A stretch of DNA of 64,000 bases from the human T2T-CHM13v2.0 reference genome, Homo sapiens. The DNA lies in NCBI RefSeq assembly GCF_009914755.1, contig NC_060929.1. One strand, written 5' to 3'. Shown here piece by piece: positions 1 to 12,087 of the stretch (position 1 is the stretch's first letter; each line of letters starts with the position of its first letter). Made by a program: the position numbers and the translations under genes. The notes under the pieces are model-generated. The model was given only the letters and a program-made list of their open reading frames with translations. It was not told where the DNA came from and did not search any database.

Positions 1-644
1 GAATGATCTAGTGGCAAGGTGGGGAATTCATTGGAGGAAGGTGATGCTGGAGTTTGAAACAAATTAAGAAGATTCTGTAGTAGTAATCTCGATGAGAGAT
101 GATGCCAGTTGGACTTCTGGAGAAAAATTTAGGAGCTAAAATTAAAAGCTTTGAAGATTGATTTCTGAGGGAAATGAGAGTGAAGATATAATCAGGATGA
201 CTTCTGGACTTCTGGCTCTCTTTTATACTAATTTATTTATATTCAGTATCTCAGGTATGAAATTTCATCAACACATTATTTGTTCTTTTTATAAAGCAGT
301 GATAGTGCTGATATATTTAAGAGTTTGTTCCTTGATGAGTATAATAGTAAAGCTAAAGAATATGTAGGGTGTTGAGGTCTGATTAACAAGCTTGAGTTTG
401 TCCTAAAGTTGAGTGTTAACCAGTGTCTGCCACTGTTACAATTATGAAATTCAAATTCTATAAGTAATGTAACTGGCAAGCAGCCATGGGTAGTGCCTTA
501 ATAGCAGCATAGGCAATAGCTATCACTGGATGAAGAGGAGTAGGAAAAAGAGGAAGAAGAAAAGAAAGAGTAGGGGGAAGAGGAAGAGGCAGAGGATTCC
601 TGTTTGAGATTGGGAATCAGGGAAGCAGATAATTTTTCCCTTAG

Positions 645-949
645 ATTTAAAAGAAAATACGACAATTAATGACGTCCCCAAAAGATTTCAGGGAACATGA
701 AGTTGCTTCTGAGAACTCTCTAGGTTGCTCCACTGTGGTTATGCCCTTTCTCTGTTTATAGTTTATGGATAGGCTCATCCTATAATACAAACTGTTCTTT
801 GTTTCTCCATTCGCTTCTGTCCAAGAAGCACTGGAGATAATCAAAGATGAAGAAAGAACCTTTTAATTAATTAAAGTTGTTTTGTAGCTTGCCTTTGAAG
901 TTTCTTTTCTGGGAACTTCTTCAGCAGCTCAAATCAGCCATGTGACCCT
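645..949 (+). pseudogene. Candidate decayed exon of an unnamed + strand gene
   Basis: Acceptor ttttcccttAG (643-644) and donor CCT|GTAAGG (950). One frame reads KDFREHEVASENSLGCSTVVMPFLCL*FMDRLIL*YKLFFVSPFASVQEALEIIKDEERTF*. It needs frameshifts to join its neighbours. Confidence 0.4.
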
Positions 950-1411
950 GTAAGGCAGCTTGCTGAAACTGAAGGCCTGCAAACAGTCTTGTTTACCATG
1001 CTATACACTTTTGCTAAGGCACACACTTTCTTCACCTTTCAGTCACAACAACAATAAAAGTAAGTTAAAATCTGACTAGAATTCAGTAGTACATTACTTT
1101 GGCATTCCAACTAAATGATTACCTTGATTAAGCCAAAGTATATTTTGGAAGGAATGAGTATGTCCCCTACTTTTATTTATTTTCTAATAACATTTTATTT
1201 TATACATAGTTTTCAGTTAGGAATCATACACTACTGAATTATTGCTCTTTTTAATTACCAAAGCATGCTGAATTAAACTACAAATACCAGATAAGACAGA
1301 GGACAGAACAAACTGGCACTCTCCAGTACTTAAAAATTTTATTTTATGTTCTTAAACACATTTCACAGATGTTAGATTTTTAAATGGGACCTATTTTTTA
1401 CATCATTCCAG

Positions 1412-1516
1412 TAAAGCTGGAAAACAATCTTGATGTCTGTTGTTGGAGGTGCTATGAGCAGAGGAGAAAAATTTTTACCAGTAGTCCTGTCCCATCAATA
1501 TATGATGTGCTTTATG
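1412..1516 (+). pseudogene. Candidate exon, phase 1-1, open
   Basis: Acceptor tttttacatcattccAG, non-canonical donor ATG|GCAAGA. 105 nt, reading KLENNLDVCCWRCYEQRRKIFTSSPVPSIYDVLY. Joins 5876 in frame (G|AA=E). Confidence 0.55.
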
Positions 1517-2088
1517 GCAAGAGCAGCCATTAGTAGTGTTGTCACCTTTTGTGGCTTTGACTAAATCCTGATCTGCCTTAAGGTTTTGCCTAAAAGAACC
1601 ATTGCTAATAGTAACATGCTGGTCTGTTTGAGGCAATTTCCTTGCAAATCCTCAGTCATGCCATGTTATGTCAAGTTGTGTACTAAAGCAGTAGTTTTTG
1701 ATTGAAATTCTCACACATATCTATTATTATCGTTGTAATTGGTAAAATAAATTTTTGTTCAATATTTTGAGTGTTTGAGTGTTTTAAGTTCAATGTTCTG
1801 AGGGTTTTTAAACACAAACTTTTGTTCTGGTGGTTTGGCACACAAAACACTGTTGCAAATGCTTTACCCATATTGTCATTTAATTTTCCTTCTAACTCTA
1901 GAAAACGGGTACTGTTATGTGCTATTTCAGATGAGAAAATTAAGCTCAAAGCTTATGTGACATGCTCAAGTTTATATGGCAAATTAATTCATGTTGGAGC
2001 CAAGATTCTAGTTCTCGTCATTAGTTCTGAATCCAAAAACTACACTGTTATTCACAGTACTCTGTCTTTTAAGAGTGATGTGATTCCA

Positions 2089-3367
2089 TCTCGTTGATCT
2101 GTTTAATGTTGACAGTGGGGTGTTAAAGTCTCCCACTATTATTGTGTGGGAGTCTAAGTCTCTTTGTAGGTGTCTAATAACTTGCTTTATGAGTCTGGGT
2201 ACTCCTGTATTGGGTGCATATATATTTAGGATAGTTAGCTCTTCTTGTTGAATTGATCCCTTTACCATTATGTAATGGCCTTCTTTGTCTCTTTTGATCT
2301 TTGTTCATTTAAAGTCTGTTTTATCAGAGACTAGGATTGCAATCCCTGCCTTTTTTTTGTTTTCCATTTGCTTGATAGATCTTCCCCCATCCCTTTATTT
2401 TGAGCCTATGTGTGTCTCTGCACGTGAGATGGGTTTCCTGAATACAGCACACGGATGGGTCTTGACTCTTTATCCAATTTGCCAGTCTGTGTCTTTTAAT
2501 TGGAGCATTTAGCCCATTTACATTTAAAGTTAATATTGTTATGTGTGAATTTGATCCTGTCATTATGATGTTAGCTGGTTATTTTGCTCGTTAGTTGATG
2601 CAGTTTCTTCCTAGCCTCGATGGTCTTTACAATTTGGCATGTTTTTGCAGTGGCTGGTACTGGTTGTTCCTTTCCATGTTTAGTGCTTCCTTCAGGAGCT
2701 CTTTTAGGGCAGGCCTGGTGGTGACAAAAATCTCTCAGCATTTGCTTGTCTGTAAAGGATTTTATTTCTCCTTCACTTATGAAGCTTAGTTTGGCTGGAT
2801 ATGAAATTCTGTGTTGAAAATTCTTTTCTTTAAGAATGTTGAATATTGGCCCCCACTGTCTTCTGGCTTATAGAGTTTCTGCCGAGAGATCAGCTGTTAG
2901 TGTGATGGACTTCCCCTTGTGGGTAACCCGACCTTTCTCTCTGGCTGCCCTTAACATTTTTTCCTTCATTTCAACTTTGGTGAATGTGACAATTATGTGT
3001 CTTGGAGTTGCTCTTCTCGAGGAGTGTCTTTGTGGTGTTCTGTGTATTTCCTGAATTTGAATGTTGACCTGCCTTGCTAGATTGGGGAAGTTCTCCTGAA
3101 TAATATCCTGCAGAGTGTTTTCCAACTTGGTTCCATTCTCCCTGTCACTTTCAGGTACACCAATCAGATGTAGATTTGGTCTTTTCACATAGTCCCATAT
3201 TTCTTGGAGGCTTTGTTCATGTCTTTTTATTCTTTTTTCTCTAAACTTCTCTTCTCTCTTCATTTCATTCATTTGATCTTCCATCACTGATACCCTTTCT
3301 TCCAGTTGATCGCATCAGCTACTGAGGCTTATGCATTTGTCACGTAGTTCTCATGCCATGGTTTTCA
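2089..3367 (-). mobile_element. Inverted 5' part of a young L1PA (ORF1 C-terminal part, spacer, ORF2 endonuclease start)
   Basis: Minus-strand ORFs match L1 ORF1p (EIWDYVKRPNL...) and ORF2p (MTGSNSHITILTLNVNGLN...; IVGDFNTPLS). Confidence 0.95.
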
Positions 3368-3865
3368 TACCGGATTATAAATCATGCTGCTATAAAGACA
3401 CATGCACACGTGTGTTTATTGTGGCACTATTCGCAATAGCAAAGACTTGGAACCAACCCAGATGTCCAACAATGATAGACTGGTTTAAGAAAATGTGGCA
3501 CATATATACCATGGAATACTATGCAGCCATAAAAAACGATGAGTTCATGTCGTTTGTAGGGACATGGATGAAGCTGGAAACCATCATTCTCAGCAAACTA
3601 TCGCAAGGACAAAAAACCAAACACCGCATGTTCTCACTCATAGGTGGGAATTGAACAATGAGAACACTTGGACACAGGGTGGGGAACATCACACTCTGGG
3701 GACTGTTGTGGGGTGGGGGGATGGGGGAGGGATAGCATTAGGAGATATACCTAATGCTAAATGACGAGTTAATGGGTGCAGCACAACAACATGGCACATG
3801 TATACCTATGTAACTAACCTGCACATTGTGCACATGTAACCTAAAACTTAAAGTATAAAAAAAAA
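3368..3865 (+). mobile_element. Non-inverted 3' end of the same L1 (L1PA3-5-like) with poly(A)
   Basis: ORF2 C-terminus (KKMWHIYTMEYYAAIK...SLIGGN), G-rich 3'UTR, GCTAAATGACGAG motif, A run 3857-3865. Confidence 0.95.
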
Positions 3866-4272
3866 TTTAGACTTTCACCAGCAGTGTATGAGAGTTAGAT
3901 GCTCAATCCTTGCCAAAACTTTTATATTAAAGTTTTATCCACCCTAGTGATGTGTAGAGGTCTCCCATTATGGTTTTAATTTATATTTCTTTGATTATTG
4001 TTATTAAACATAGTTTTATGTTTATTAGCCATGTGTATATCCTTTTTGTAAAATGCCTGCTCAAGTCTTTTTGACCATTTTATACAAATGATGTATTTTT
4101 CTTATTGATTTGTAGGAGGTCCTCATATTTTCTGGGTATGAGATCTTTATTGGATAGATGTATTGCAGATATCTTCACCTACCCTGGGGTTGGCCTCTGC
4201 ACATCCATAAGCATGTCCTTTGATGAACAGAAGGTCTTAGTTTTAATAAAGTCTAATTCGTCGATTAAAAAA
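3866..4272 (+). mobile_element. Probable L1 3'-transduced segment (old antisense L1M-like DNA) with its own AATAAA and A tail
   Basis: Lies between the L1 poly(A) and the downstream TSD copy. AATAAA at 4245-4250, A run from 4267. TSD aagagtgatgtgattcca 2071-2088 / aagaatgatgtgattcca 4273-4290. Confidence 0.8.
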
Positions 4273-4308
4273 AAGAATGATGTGATTCCAAACCATCTGT
4301 GTACTTTT

Positions 4309-4380
4309 TTTTTCTTTTCTTTTCTTTTTTTTTTTTCTGAGACAGAGTCTCACTCTGTTGCCCAGGCTGGAGTGCAGTGG
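4309..4380 (-). mobile_element. Extremely 5'-truncated Alu
   Basis: T-rich tail plus gagacagagtctcactctgttgcccaggctggagtgcagtgg. TSD ctgtgtactttt at 4297-4308 and 4381-4392. Confidence 0.9.
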
Positions 4381-5875
4381 CTGTGTACTTTTAAGAAAAG
4401 TAGTGCGCATGTATTAAGGTTCTTCGTTCCTTCCTTCTCTTCTTCCCTTCTCTCTTTCTCCCTCTCCCATGTTGGAGCCAACATTCTAATTCTAGTCATT
4501 AGTTCTGACTCCAACAACTACACTGTTATCCACTATACTCTGTTTTTTAAGAATGATCTGGTTCCAAACCATCTGTATACCTTAAACAAAAAAGTAATAC
4601 ACAGGCTTTAAGATTATTCTTTCCTTACTTATCTTCTTCCCTGTGTCTTCTTTCTCTCTGTTTCTCCCTTTCCCTCTCCCAACTCCCACCTATCTCCAAT
4701 CTCCCATCTTTATCTGTCTCTACCATTTCCATCTCCCATTTTCCATCTCTCTCTTCCTCTCCCTCTCTCTCTCTGTCTCTCTCCACCTTTCAATTTCTAG
4801 ATATAGAGCATAGGGCTTAGAACCAAAAAGATATTATTTCAAAGCCTGGTTCTGTCATTTGCCAACGATCTTATTTTTGTTATGAAGTTAGTGAATGTCC
4901 CTAAGACTCAGTTTTTCCATCTTAAAAATGGGGTAATAATACACTTGTCAGAGTGATTTTTGTTTAAATTATTTTGTGTCTGGGAAGTGCCTAACAACAG
5001 CAGCTGTTATTATGAGGAAATTTTGTTATTATTACTTTAGGTCACCTTGGAACCTCACTTTTAATGCTGCTGTCATCTGTACACCCAGCCAGTACAGCCT
5101 GATTGCATTGTGGTCCCTTTAGTGCTTATGGAATAGCTTGCTTATAAGAACTTTTACAGGACTGTATTCATACACCAAATGTGAGTGTCTCAAAAAATGG
5201 CACAAGAAGCCCAGTGGGACATGGTGGCATTTGTGCCTCTCAGAACCCTGAAGTTATTTGTATGTGTTGTTTTTACATCATCCAGCAGCATTTTAATATG
5301 TTGTAGGACTTAATGCCATAAACAGTTTCTGTTTTTCAACAAATGTACTGGATTTCTTGATTTGGTTTCTTAGTTCATTGTCAGAAGTAACTTGTTTTAA
5401 AAATGCACAGCAAAGTTCTGTATTGATGAATATCATAAGTTTTGTGTGCTCTAGTTTTTGAGGACAAGGCCTTCTAAATCAGGCTGAGTGCTTCAAAGGA
5501 GATCTTATTATCTTTATGACAAACATGTAGCAATTCTGAGGTCTGCCATCCTCAATACATAGTCACACACACATACACACACACACTCCTACATCATTTG
5601 CATTATTTTTGTTTCTTTATAATAGCATTTATCATATTTGTAACAACCTAATTTAATTCTTGCTAATTGTGTATCTTTCCCATCATACTCTTAATAAAAG
5701 AAGATATATTATTTCACTTCTTTTCAGTTTCATTAGTGCAAAACACAATTCCTGAATTTATACAAATTTTTTTGAACCAATGAATGAATCCATATAAAGA
5801 CCAGTGTTTTGTTCATAACTATGCCTTCTGTCAATACTTGGTTGTTTCTTCCTCATTTTTGGATTAACTTTGCAG

Positions 5876-6008
5876 AAACTTCTGATGATGAAGTCTACCA
5901 AAGTGCATATTTCTCAGATGATTCAAAGCATTTAAAAAAAAAAAAAAACTCTAGCTCTTCTGTTTCATTCTTGAGGATGACTTTTTTAAACAAATTAAGT
6001 AAAACCAG
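5876..6008 (+). pseudogene. Candidate exon, phase 1-2, open, contains A15 run
   Basis: Acceptor ttaactttgcAG, donor CAG|GTTAGG. Reads ETSDDEVYQSAYFSDDSKHLKKKKNSSSSVSFLRMTFLNKLSKT (same frame as ORF 5809). Confidence 0.6.
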
Positions 6009-6325
6009 GTTAGGTCATTTTCTGCACTTTGTCAAAGCCAATATATGACAATATATGCCATATACATGACCAATATGACACCCACCTCTTTTTCTCTCAG
6101 ACAATAAAGTTATATCAGCAATGCTACCAAGTGTTTAACCTTTTTTTAACCTCATTTTTTAATTTAAAAAGCTATGCAAGCATATAGTTTTTAAAAATCA
6201 AAAATCACAGTGCAATGACATGTAAGTCCCCATGCCAACTCAGATCCTTTGGCTTCAAGACTAGAAATAATCAATAACTTAATTGATAGTAATTTAACAG
6301 TAAAATATTTAGAAACATTTCACTC

Positions 6326-6986
6326 TTTTTTTTTAATACTTTAAGTTCTAGGGTACATGTGCACAATGCGCAGGTTTGTTACATAGGTATACATGTGCCA
6401 TGTTGGTTTGCTGCACCCATCAACTCATTATTTACATTAGGTATTTCTTCTAATGCTATCCCTCCCTCAGCCTCCCACCCCCCAACAGGCCCCAGTGTGT
6501 GATGTTTCCCGCCCTGTGTCCAAGTGTTCTCATTGTTCAATTCCCATCTATGAGTGAGAACATGCGGTGTTTGATTTTCTGTCCTTGTAATAGTTTGCTG
6601 AGAATGATGGTTTCCAGCTTCATCCATGTCCCCGCAAAGGACATGAACTTACCCTTTTTCTTATGGCTGCATAGTATTCCATGGTGTATATGTGCCACAT
6701 TTTCTTAATCCAGTCTATCGTTGATGGACATTTGGGTTGGTTCCAAGTCTTTGCTATTGTGAATAGTGCTGCAATAAACATACGTGTGCATGTGTCTTTA
6801 TGGTAGCATGATTTATTATTCTTTGGGAATATACCCAGTAATGCGATTGCTGGGTCAAATGGTATTTCTAGTTCTAGATCCTTGAGGAATCACCACACTG
6901 TCTTCCACAATGGTTGAACTAATTTACACTCCCACCAACAGTGTAAAAGCATTCCTATTTCTCCACATCCTCTCCAGCATCTGTTG
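6326..6986 (-). mobile_element. 5'-truncated L1PA 3' end
   Basis: Antisense L1 3'UTR and ORF2 end. TSD agaaacatttcact at 6311-6324 and 6987-7000. Confidence 0.95.
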
Positions 6987-6999
6987 AGAAACATTTCAC

Positions 7000-8050
7000 T
7001 TTTATGCTAGCCTATATGTATGTGTATAGTTAAATGAATTCTGTGCTCACTGTTAATAACACTTCGGTTATTTTTCCCCACTTAAAAGTAGGTATCTTTA
7101 AGATCCTTGTTCATTAGTATATGAGGAACTAATTTTATTAAAATTGCTGCATACTGTTTCACTGTAAGGATATAAATCCCTAAATGTAGTGATTAATCTA
7201 CTGATGAGCATTAAGATTGTTTTGTGTTTTGATATTTAAAAGCAATGCTACAATAATTATTATGGTAAATAATTTTTATACATACATTTATATATCTATA
7301 GGACAAATTCTTAAAGTAAAATGTTGGATAAAGGGTTTATGCTTTGTAAGTGAAAATACATCTTGCCAAATTTTCATATAGGTTGATTGCTCAAATTTAT
7401 ACTACTGAGAAGAGTCTATGAAGAATATTGTTTATGAAAAATCTTTTTGATTTTGTCAATCTGATTATTAAAAAAGCCAGTCCTTTTTAAATTGTTTTTG
7501 CAGGTTTTTTGACTAAGTAAAAGGCTTAAGATCTTTCAAATCTATGTATTTTTTTTTGCCCAGTTTTCTTTTATGTTTTTGATTTTTCTTACTGATTTGT
7601 AGGAATATCTCATTCAGTACAGAAATTTGCTCTCTTTGTGCCATATGTTGCAAAATTCTTTTTTAGGTTAGTTGTTTGGGCTTTTTCTTTTAACTTTACC
7701 ATGTTTTTTATGCAGAATTTTTAAAATGCAGGCATAGTTATTACTCTTTTCTATTAACCCTTTTTAAGGCTTCTGTGTTATTTGACATACAGAAAGGATT
7801 TCCTACTCCAAGATTAGGTTAAATATTGTACCATTTTATTCTAAAATATTACAAGTTTTTAAAAATGTTTAAAACCCTGATCCATCTGGAATTATTTTTT
7901 TGGAAGAGTGAAATACAGATCTAGCTCCCCCCTCCCTTTTTTTTTTTTTGTTTCCTGTGTGGCTAGCTATTTGTCCCAACACTAATTGTTGAATAATGTA
8001 TCTTTTTTTCTATACGTTGAGATGGTATCTTTATCCTATACATAATTTCT
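7000..8050 (-). mobile_element. Old, diverged L1M-type fragment
   Basis: T-rich antisense L1M-like motifs (tgatccatctggaattatttt, cccaacactaattgttgaataa). Boundaries are approximate. Confidence 0.6.
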
Positions 8051-8152
8051 ATATACATATACACCCAACCTTTTGTGAAAATTGAATGGAAAAAATGAAG
8101 AGACTGTTATGATTGAAAACAATATTATTTCATTGTTCCTTTTTATTTGCAG

Positions 8153-8239
8153 TTATGCAGAAGAGGCTCAGAGAGGACTATGCCAATTAAAATATCTAAA
8201 AACTTTCCATCATATACTATCATGATAGTGTGTATTACA
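8153..8239 (+). pseudogene. Candidate exon, phase 2-2, with tandem stops
   Basis: Acceptor cctttttatttgcAG, donor ACA|GTAAGA. 87 nt, reading YAEEAQRGLCQLKYLKTFHHILS**CVL. Confidence 0.6.
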
Positions 8240-9371
8240 GTAAGAACTGAGATCCTAGAGAAGATCTAGGCAATGATAATGGCAGTGGTGGAGTATTCCA
8301 TCCTAAGAAATGCAATGATTACACTAGAAAAGAAGGTCCATGAACACTCTCCAGCAATGTTGAGAGGGTGCTGAATTTTATCTTCCAAGTTTCCGCATTA
8401 TCAGACCCTTCTTTTCCCTATAGTCTCATTTTGTCCTATTCTCTTCCTCATTCAGATTGCTCCAGCTACCCTGGAATTATTTCAGTTTCCTGAACACACC
8501 ATGCTTTCCTTCCTTTGGGAATTTATTCCTCTAGTTTGAGTAATTTCCCTTACTTACTTAGAAGAATTTGCTTTAAAACAAAATTTAAACTCTACCATAT
8601 ATCTACATAATATTTTAATTTAAATATTAGGTAGCTGCAAGATAATGTGACAAAATAAAAATGTTATAAAGTGGATACCTTTGTGACAACATCTAGGTTA
8701 AGAATTAGGATACCACAGGCATACTAGAAACCCCCTATTCTTCCTTTCTGATTCCATCCCATTTATCTTCCCTCAGAAATAACCATTGTCTTTGAGAAAG
8801 CTAAAATCTCCTGCTTATTAAGAAACTTGTGATAAATTTCAGCATATCTCAGAAACAGCTAACTTTGAACAGTGGTAAAAAGTATTTTTTATGAGGAGTA
8901 TTACCATATTTAAAGAACTCAAACTTCTTAGATGAATAGACAGTTTTCAAAGATAATGATTATGGATAACATATGTTTTATTTTCTGTGCTTTTTATGAA
9001 AGATAGGGACATGCTAAGCATGCTTTTCCTTCTCTAAGTTAAAAATCATCGTAGGATTTTAGTGTAACGTTTTGAAAGGCTGCACTATAAAAATAACACT
9101 TTGTAGCAGGTACAAATAATAAGGTAGAATGAGGGTGCATAATTTTTATTTGACTGTTAGTAGTGGAAGAGTTGATCATTAGAATTATATCTGATTTTAA
9201 ATTTCAAGTCAGTACACATTTAAACTTTATAAAAAATATCTACTTCATGGTTGAAAAGATTCTTCTAACATGGGTCTATATTCATACATACTATGTCTCT
9301 TGCCGATTTACGATTTTGTGTTCTTTCTCTCTAACTCCAGAGGTTGATGATTATTTTACAGACTGTAGTAG

Positions 9372-9988
<617 letters not shown>

Positions 9989-10209
9989 CTGCCTTCTTTT
10001 TTATGTGCCTACTCAGTAATTTAGGCAAAGGGCTCCACCTCTCAGTGCTCAGGTTACCTGGAGGTTGAATTTATACTCAAGGGAAAGAAAAGATTATCTG
10101 AGAAACAGTCATGATTCATGATGCAAAAAGTTTTAGAATTAGGGGCTTGGTGGAATTCTTTCATTTTAAAATTCTTCTTCCTCCTACTCTTCTTCTCCTT
10201 TTCCTCCAG

Positions 10210-10300
10210 AGTTAGTAGGCTGCTGAAGAAATTACCAGATGATGAAGGTATCACCATGGACACAGTAGGCTTTGCTCCTTTGTGCCTGTGGCAGAGACTG
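10210..10300 (+). pseudogene. Candidate exon, phase 2-0, open
   Basis: Strong ~35-nt pyrimidine tract then ccAG (10208-10209), donor CTG|GTACCA. Reads VSRLLKKLPDDEGITMDTVGFAPLCLWQRL. Confidence 0.7.
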
Positions 10301-11477
10301 GTACCAAGATCTAGTGAAGGGCCTGGGATGAGAACCAAGATACGCAGGACCCCATGGAGAGTCCCTCCTGTCCTTGCCTTTATTCCAAAAGAATAGTACT
10401 ACATGAGCATTCTGTGAGAATTTATGTGTTGTTGCTTCTAGTTAAGGAGTAGGATAATATGTAGAGAGTAATTTATAAGCCTGCGTCTTGACTATTCACA
10501 ATTATTTCATAAAAATAAGTAACATTATTTTTTAAAGATCTCTATGCTCATAAAAATTGGCATCCCTTATTCTGAACATGCCCTCGCTGATAGTTTCCTG
10601 TATATCTAGATTATGGGAATACAAATATCTATTTTCCTGTAACTGACATTCAGAAATTTAACCCACTAATATAATCCTGTGTGTAACCAAAAGGTAATGG
10701 TGGAAGCTGAAACAGTCACTTAAAATTCTGGCTAGTTCCTTTAAGATGTTAATTAATATGTCAGCCAATCCTTATATTGGCTACAATAAGCCAATGCTTA
10801 TAGTAACTTAGAGCTACTCTCTAAGTCCTTTTTCTGTGTTCTTTTTTTTAACTCACTACTTTAGCAGTAGAAGATGAAATTCTGTTGCCTATAAACAAAG
10901 GTGGTGCTTGGTGGCCTTCTTCTGTGTCTCTGTGTGTTGTCCCTTGAGAGAATCATTCAGGTTTCCACCTTGTATGCCATAGGGCTCAGGACAAGTTCTA
11001 TGAAGCCTATATAGTTAAGGAATAGGTTTTATTGGGAAAACCTGCATAGCCCAGGATCAAAAAAGAAGAGAAGGCATGGCTGCCTCGGATCCTCCCATCA
11101 TCCTGTAGAAGACCATGTCCTGGCTAGAGTGCTTCCGGCCCAGGCTGATTTGTGCCAGGCAGCCTGTGTTTAGGATGCCAGCTGTTTAAAAGCCTTTTCT
11201 GGATGTGCCCCAGTTGCGCAGCACTTGGAGGCCTTATAATCCATGGGATATTACAGTTCCCTCTGCAGATGAGAGGGAGCCACAGGAAGCTGAGCTTGCA
11301 TGGTCCCTCCTGCTAAGATACAAGGCAGCCCCCATCCTGGCTAGCTTATTGTCCAGGAAACCACAGTACTCAGTCATTTTTCAGGCAGTCCTGATGCTAG
11401 TGCTACAATGTAGGAGCCACCAAGAGCAAATGAGATCCTAAAGAGACATAGAAGCTAGAGACATAAATATTTTCTAA

Positions 11478-11607
11478 ATGGATAACTATTTGAGATGATG
11501 TCTATATTAATTTGTTCCACTATAGTAAACATTTTATCATATATGCATCTTATAACATCATGTTGTATACCTTAAATATACACAATAAATATTATTTTAA
11601 AAAAATA
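11478..11607 (+). mobile_element. L1MA-type 3' terminal fragment
   Basis: aacatcatgttgtataccttaaatatacacaataaa followed by an A-rich end. Confidence 0.65.
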
Positions 11608-11894
11608 ATTAACAGGTATTAAGCTTGATTTTTTTCCCTTTTTGGGAGGGGCTGGAGGGGGTGGGTAGCTTATTTTAAATCACATAGCCACACTTCTAAC
11701 CCAACTGTAATTCCAAATGACTTTACATGTGTTCTTGTTTCTTTGTTTTTGAATTACTATTTCTGTTTGTGTTTTAAAAACATTTCCTGTGTTCAGTCCT
11801 AGTTTCTTTGGGTTGCTTTGCACATGAATGTTATCAGGACTTCTCAGATGACTTTCCTACTCAAACTGATTTGTTCTAAGCTGTCCTTCAACAG

Positions 11895-12087
11895 CTGCAG
11901 ATCAGATATGACTGTTGTCCTGTTTTTGATGTTGGCGATAGTGTTGTTGCTAATTAATTTGTGAGGACTCGGCTGGAATATCCATGATAGCCGAGTATCC
12001 ATGATACCATAATGTGGTAGGAAGCATTATTATTCAGGTAATGAGTTTTTCATGAGGTACAATGCCATGTTGTAATGGAATTTGCTG
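11895..12087 (+). pseudogene. Candidate exon disrupted by a 17-nt insertion
   Basis: Acceptor ctgtccttcaacAG, donor CTG|GTATGT. After removing the 17 nt it is phase 0-2: LQIRYDCCPVFDVGDSVVAN*FVRTRLEYP*YHNVVGSIIIQVMSFS*GTMPCCNGIC. Confidence 0.55.

Noticed and set aside
647-844. Minus-strand 65-aa ORF with an acceptor-like tract
   Set aside because: I found no chain of minus-strand exons. It is better explained as the antisense shadow of the + strand candidate exon.
2008-3764. ORFs resembling endonuclease/RT proteins and L1 ORF1p
   Set aside because: They are fragments of a rearranged L1 with stops, not a host gene or an active element.
4105-4611. Longest ORF in the track (168 aa)
   Set aside because: It runs across transduced DNA, a TSD, a T tract, an Alu remnant and a duplication, so it is a chance frame.
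11908-11963. Transmembrane-like reading MTVVLFLMLAIVLLLINL
   Set aside because: It is an alternative frame of the candidate exon, ends in TGA and is not phase-compatible with exon 10210-10300.
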